Assembly: GCA_963847185.1 (NCBI GenBank)
Contig: CAWJYV010000007.1
Coordinates: forward strand, 512,001-576,000
Direction: 5' to 3'
Length of the DNA: 64,000 bases
Origin: an uncultured Methanosarcinaceae archaeon
GTDB lineage: Archaea > Halobacteriota > Methanosarcinia > Methanosarcinales > Methanosarcinaceae
Shown here: in pieces, positions 63,344 through 64,000 of the stretch
Layout: the number at the start of each line of letters is the position of its first letter
How positions within the stretch are numbered: position 1 is the stretch's first letter
Notes under the pieces: model-generated
Told to the model about the DNA's origin: nothing
The model's database searches: none
What the model saw: only the letters and a program-made list of their open reading frames with translations
Program-made: the position numbers and the translations under genes

Positions 63344-64000
63344 ATGAGTAAATTAGAAAAGCTTCTCAAGGAACACGGTCCGATTAAAAAAATAGGGGTC
63401 CTTGGAATGGGCTACGTAGGTATTCCTGCAGCTGTCCTTTTTGCAGATTCCTCATGTTTTAATAAAGTTCTCGGTTTTCAACGCAATTCTAAAAGCTCAA
63501 GTTACAAAATCGACATGCTTAACCGTGGAGAAAGCCCTCTCAAGGGAGAAGAGCCAGGGCTTGAGGAACTTATTAGCAAAGTGGTGAAGGCTGGAAAATT
63601 CGAATGTACTCCTGATTTCTCAAGGATTTCCGAGCTTGATGCAGTTACCCTTGCAATTCAAACACCTTTTGCAAATCCTAAGGATTTAGAACCGGACTTT
63701 TCTGCACTCATTGAAGGAATCAGAAACGTAGGAAAATACCTCAAACCAGGAATGCTCGTAGTACTCGAGTCTACAATCACTCCTGGAACAACCGAAGGCA
63801 TGGCAAAACAGATTCTTGAAGAGGAATCAGGCCTGAAAGCAGGAGAAGACTTTGCTCTTGCCCATGCTCCTGAAAGAGTAATGGTCGGCAGACTCTTGAA
63901 AAATATTAGGGAACACGACCGGATCGTAGGAGGTATTAATGAAGCAAGCACTAAGAGAGCAGTTGAACTATATTCCCCTGTATTGACTGTCGGAAAAGTA
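63344..64000 (+). CDS. Nucleotide-sugar 6-dehydrogenase (WbpA/WecC-like), runs off window end
   Basis: Manual translation MSKLEKLLKEHGPIKKIGVLGMGYVGIP...LESTITPGTT...HAPERVMVG. Confidence 0.88.
   Translation, partial: MSKLEKLLKEHGPIKKIGVLGMGYVGIPAAVLFADSSCFNKVLGFQRNSKSSSYKIDMLNRGESPLKGEEPGLEELISKVVKAGKFECTPDFSRISELDAVTLAIQTPFANPKDLEPDFSALIEGIRNVGKYLKPGMLVVLESTITPGTTEGMAKQILEEESGLKAGEDFALAHAPERVMVGRLLKNIREHDRIVGGINEASTKRAVELYSPVLTVGKV

Overview
Chromosomal DNA from a Methanosarcina-type methanogenic archaeon, in three blocks. (1) 1-13.8 kb is a methanol-utilisation locus: mtaA, a RamA-family corrinoid activase, a CobW-like GTPase, mtaC-mtaB with a long structured leader, an acetate channel, a CDF transporter and two hydantoinase/oxoprolinase-A paralogues. 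(2) 14-29.6 kb holds a Na/K-ATPase-like P-type pump, a hybrid histidine kinase, a receiver protein, a winged-helix regulator and a six-gene hydrogenase-4/Ehr-like membrane complex. Its large subunit is frameshifted and lacks the NiFe cysteines, and its small subunit has replaced all four Fe-S cysteines. (3) 30-64 kb is a large cell-surface glycan locus: GT2/GT4 enzymes, a deacetylase, ugd, galU, an epimerase, a flippase, two disaggregatase-related secreted proteins, a GT-C-like membrane protein, DUF1616, a CPBP protease, two paralogous small hairpin membrane proteins and a diacetamido-uronic-acid (Wbp-like) pathway. Also present are an IS4-type MITE with a 10-bp target duplication, a probable IS200/IS605 relic and several tandem repeats. 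No rRNA, tRNA or CRISPR array was recognised. All family assignments come from motifs recognised by eye; no database search was run.
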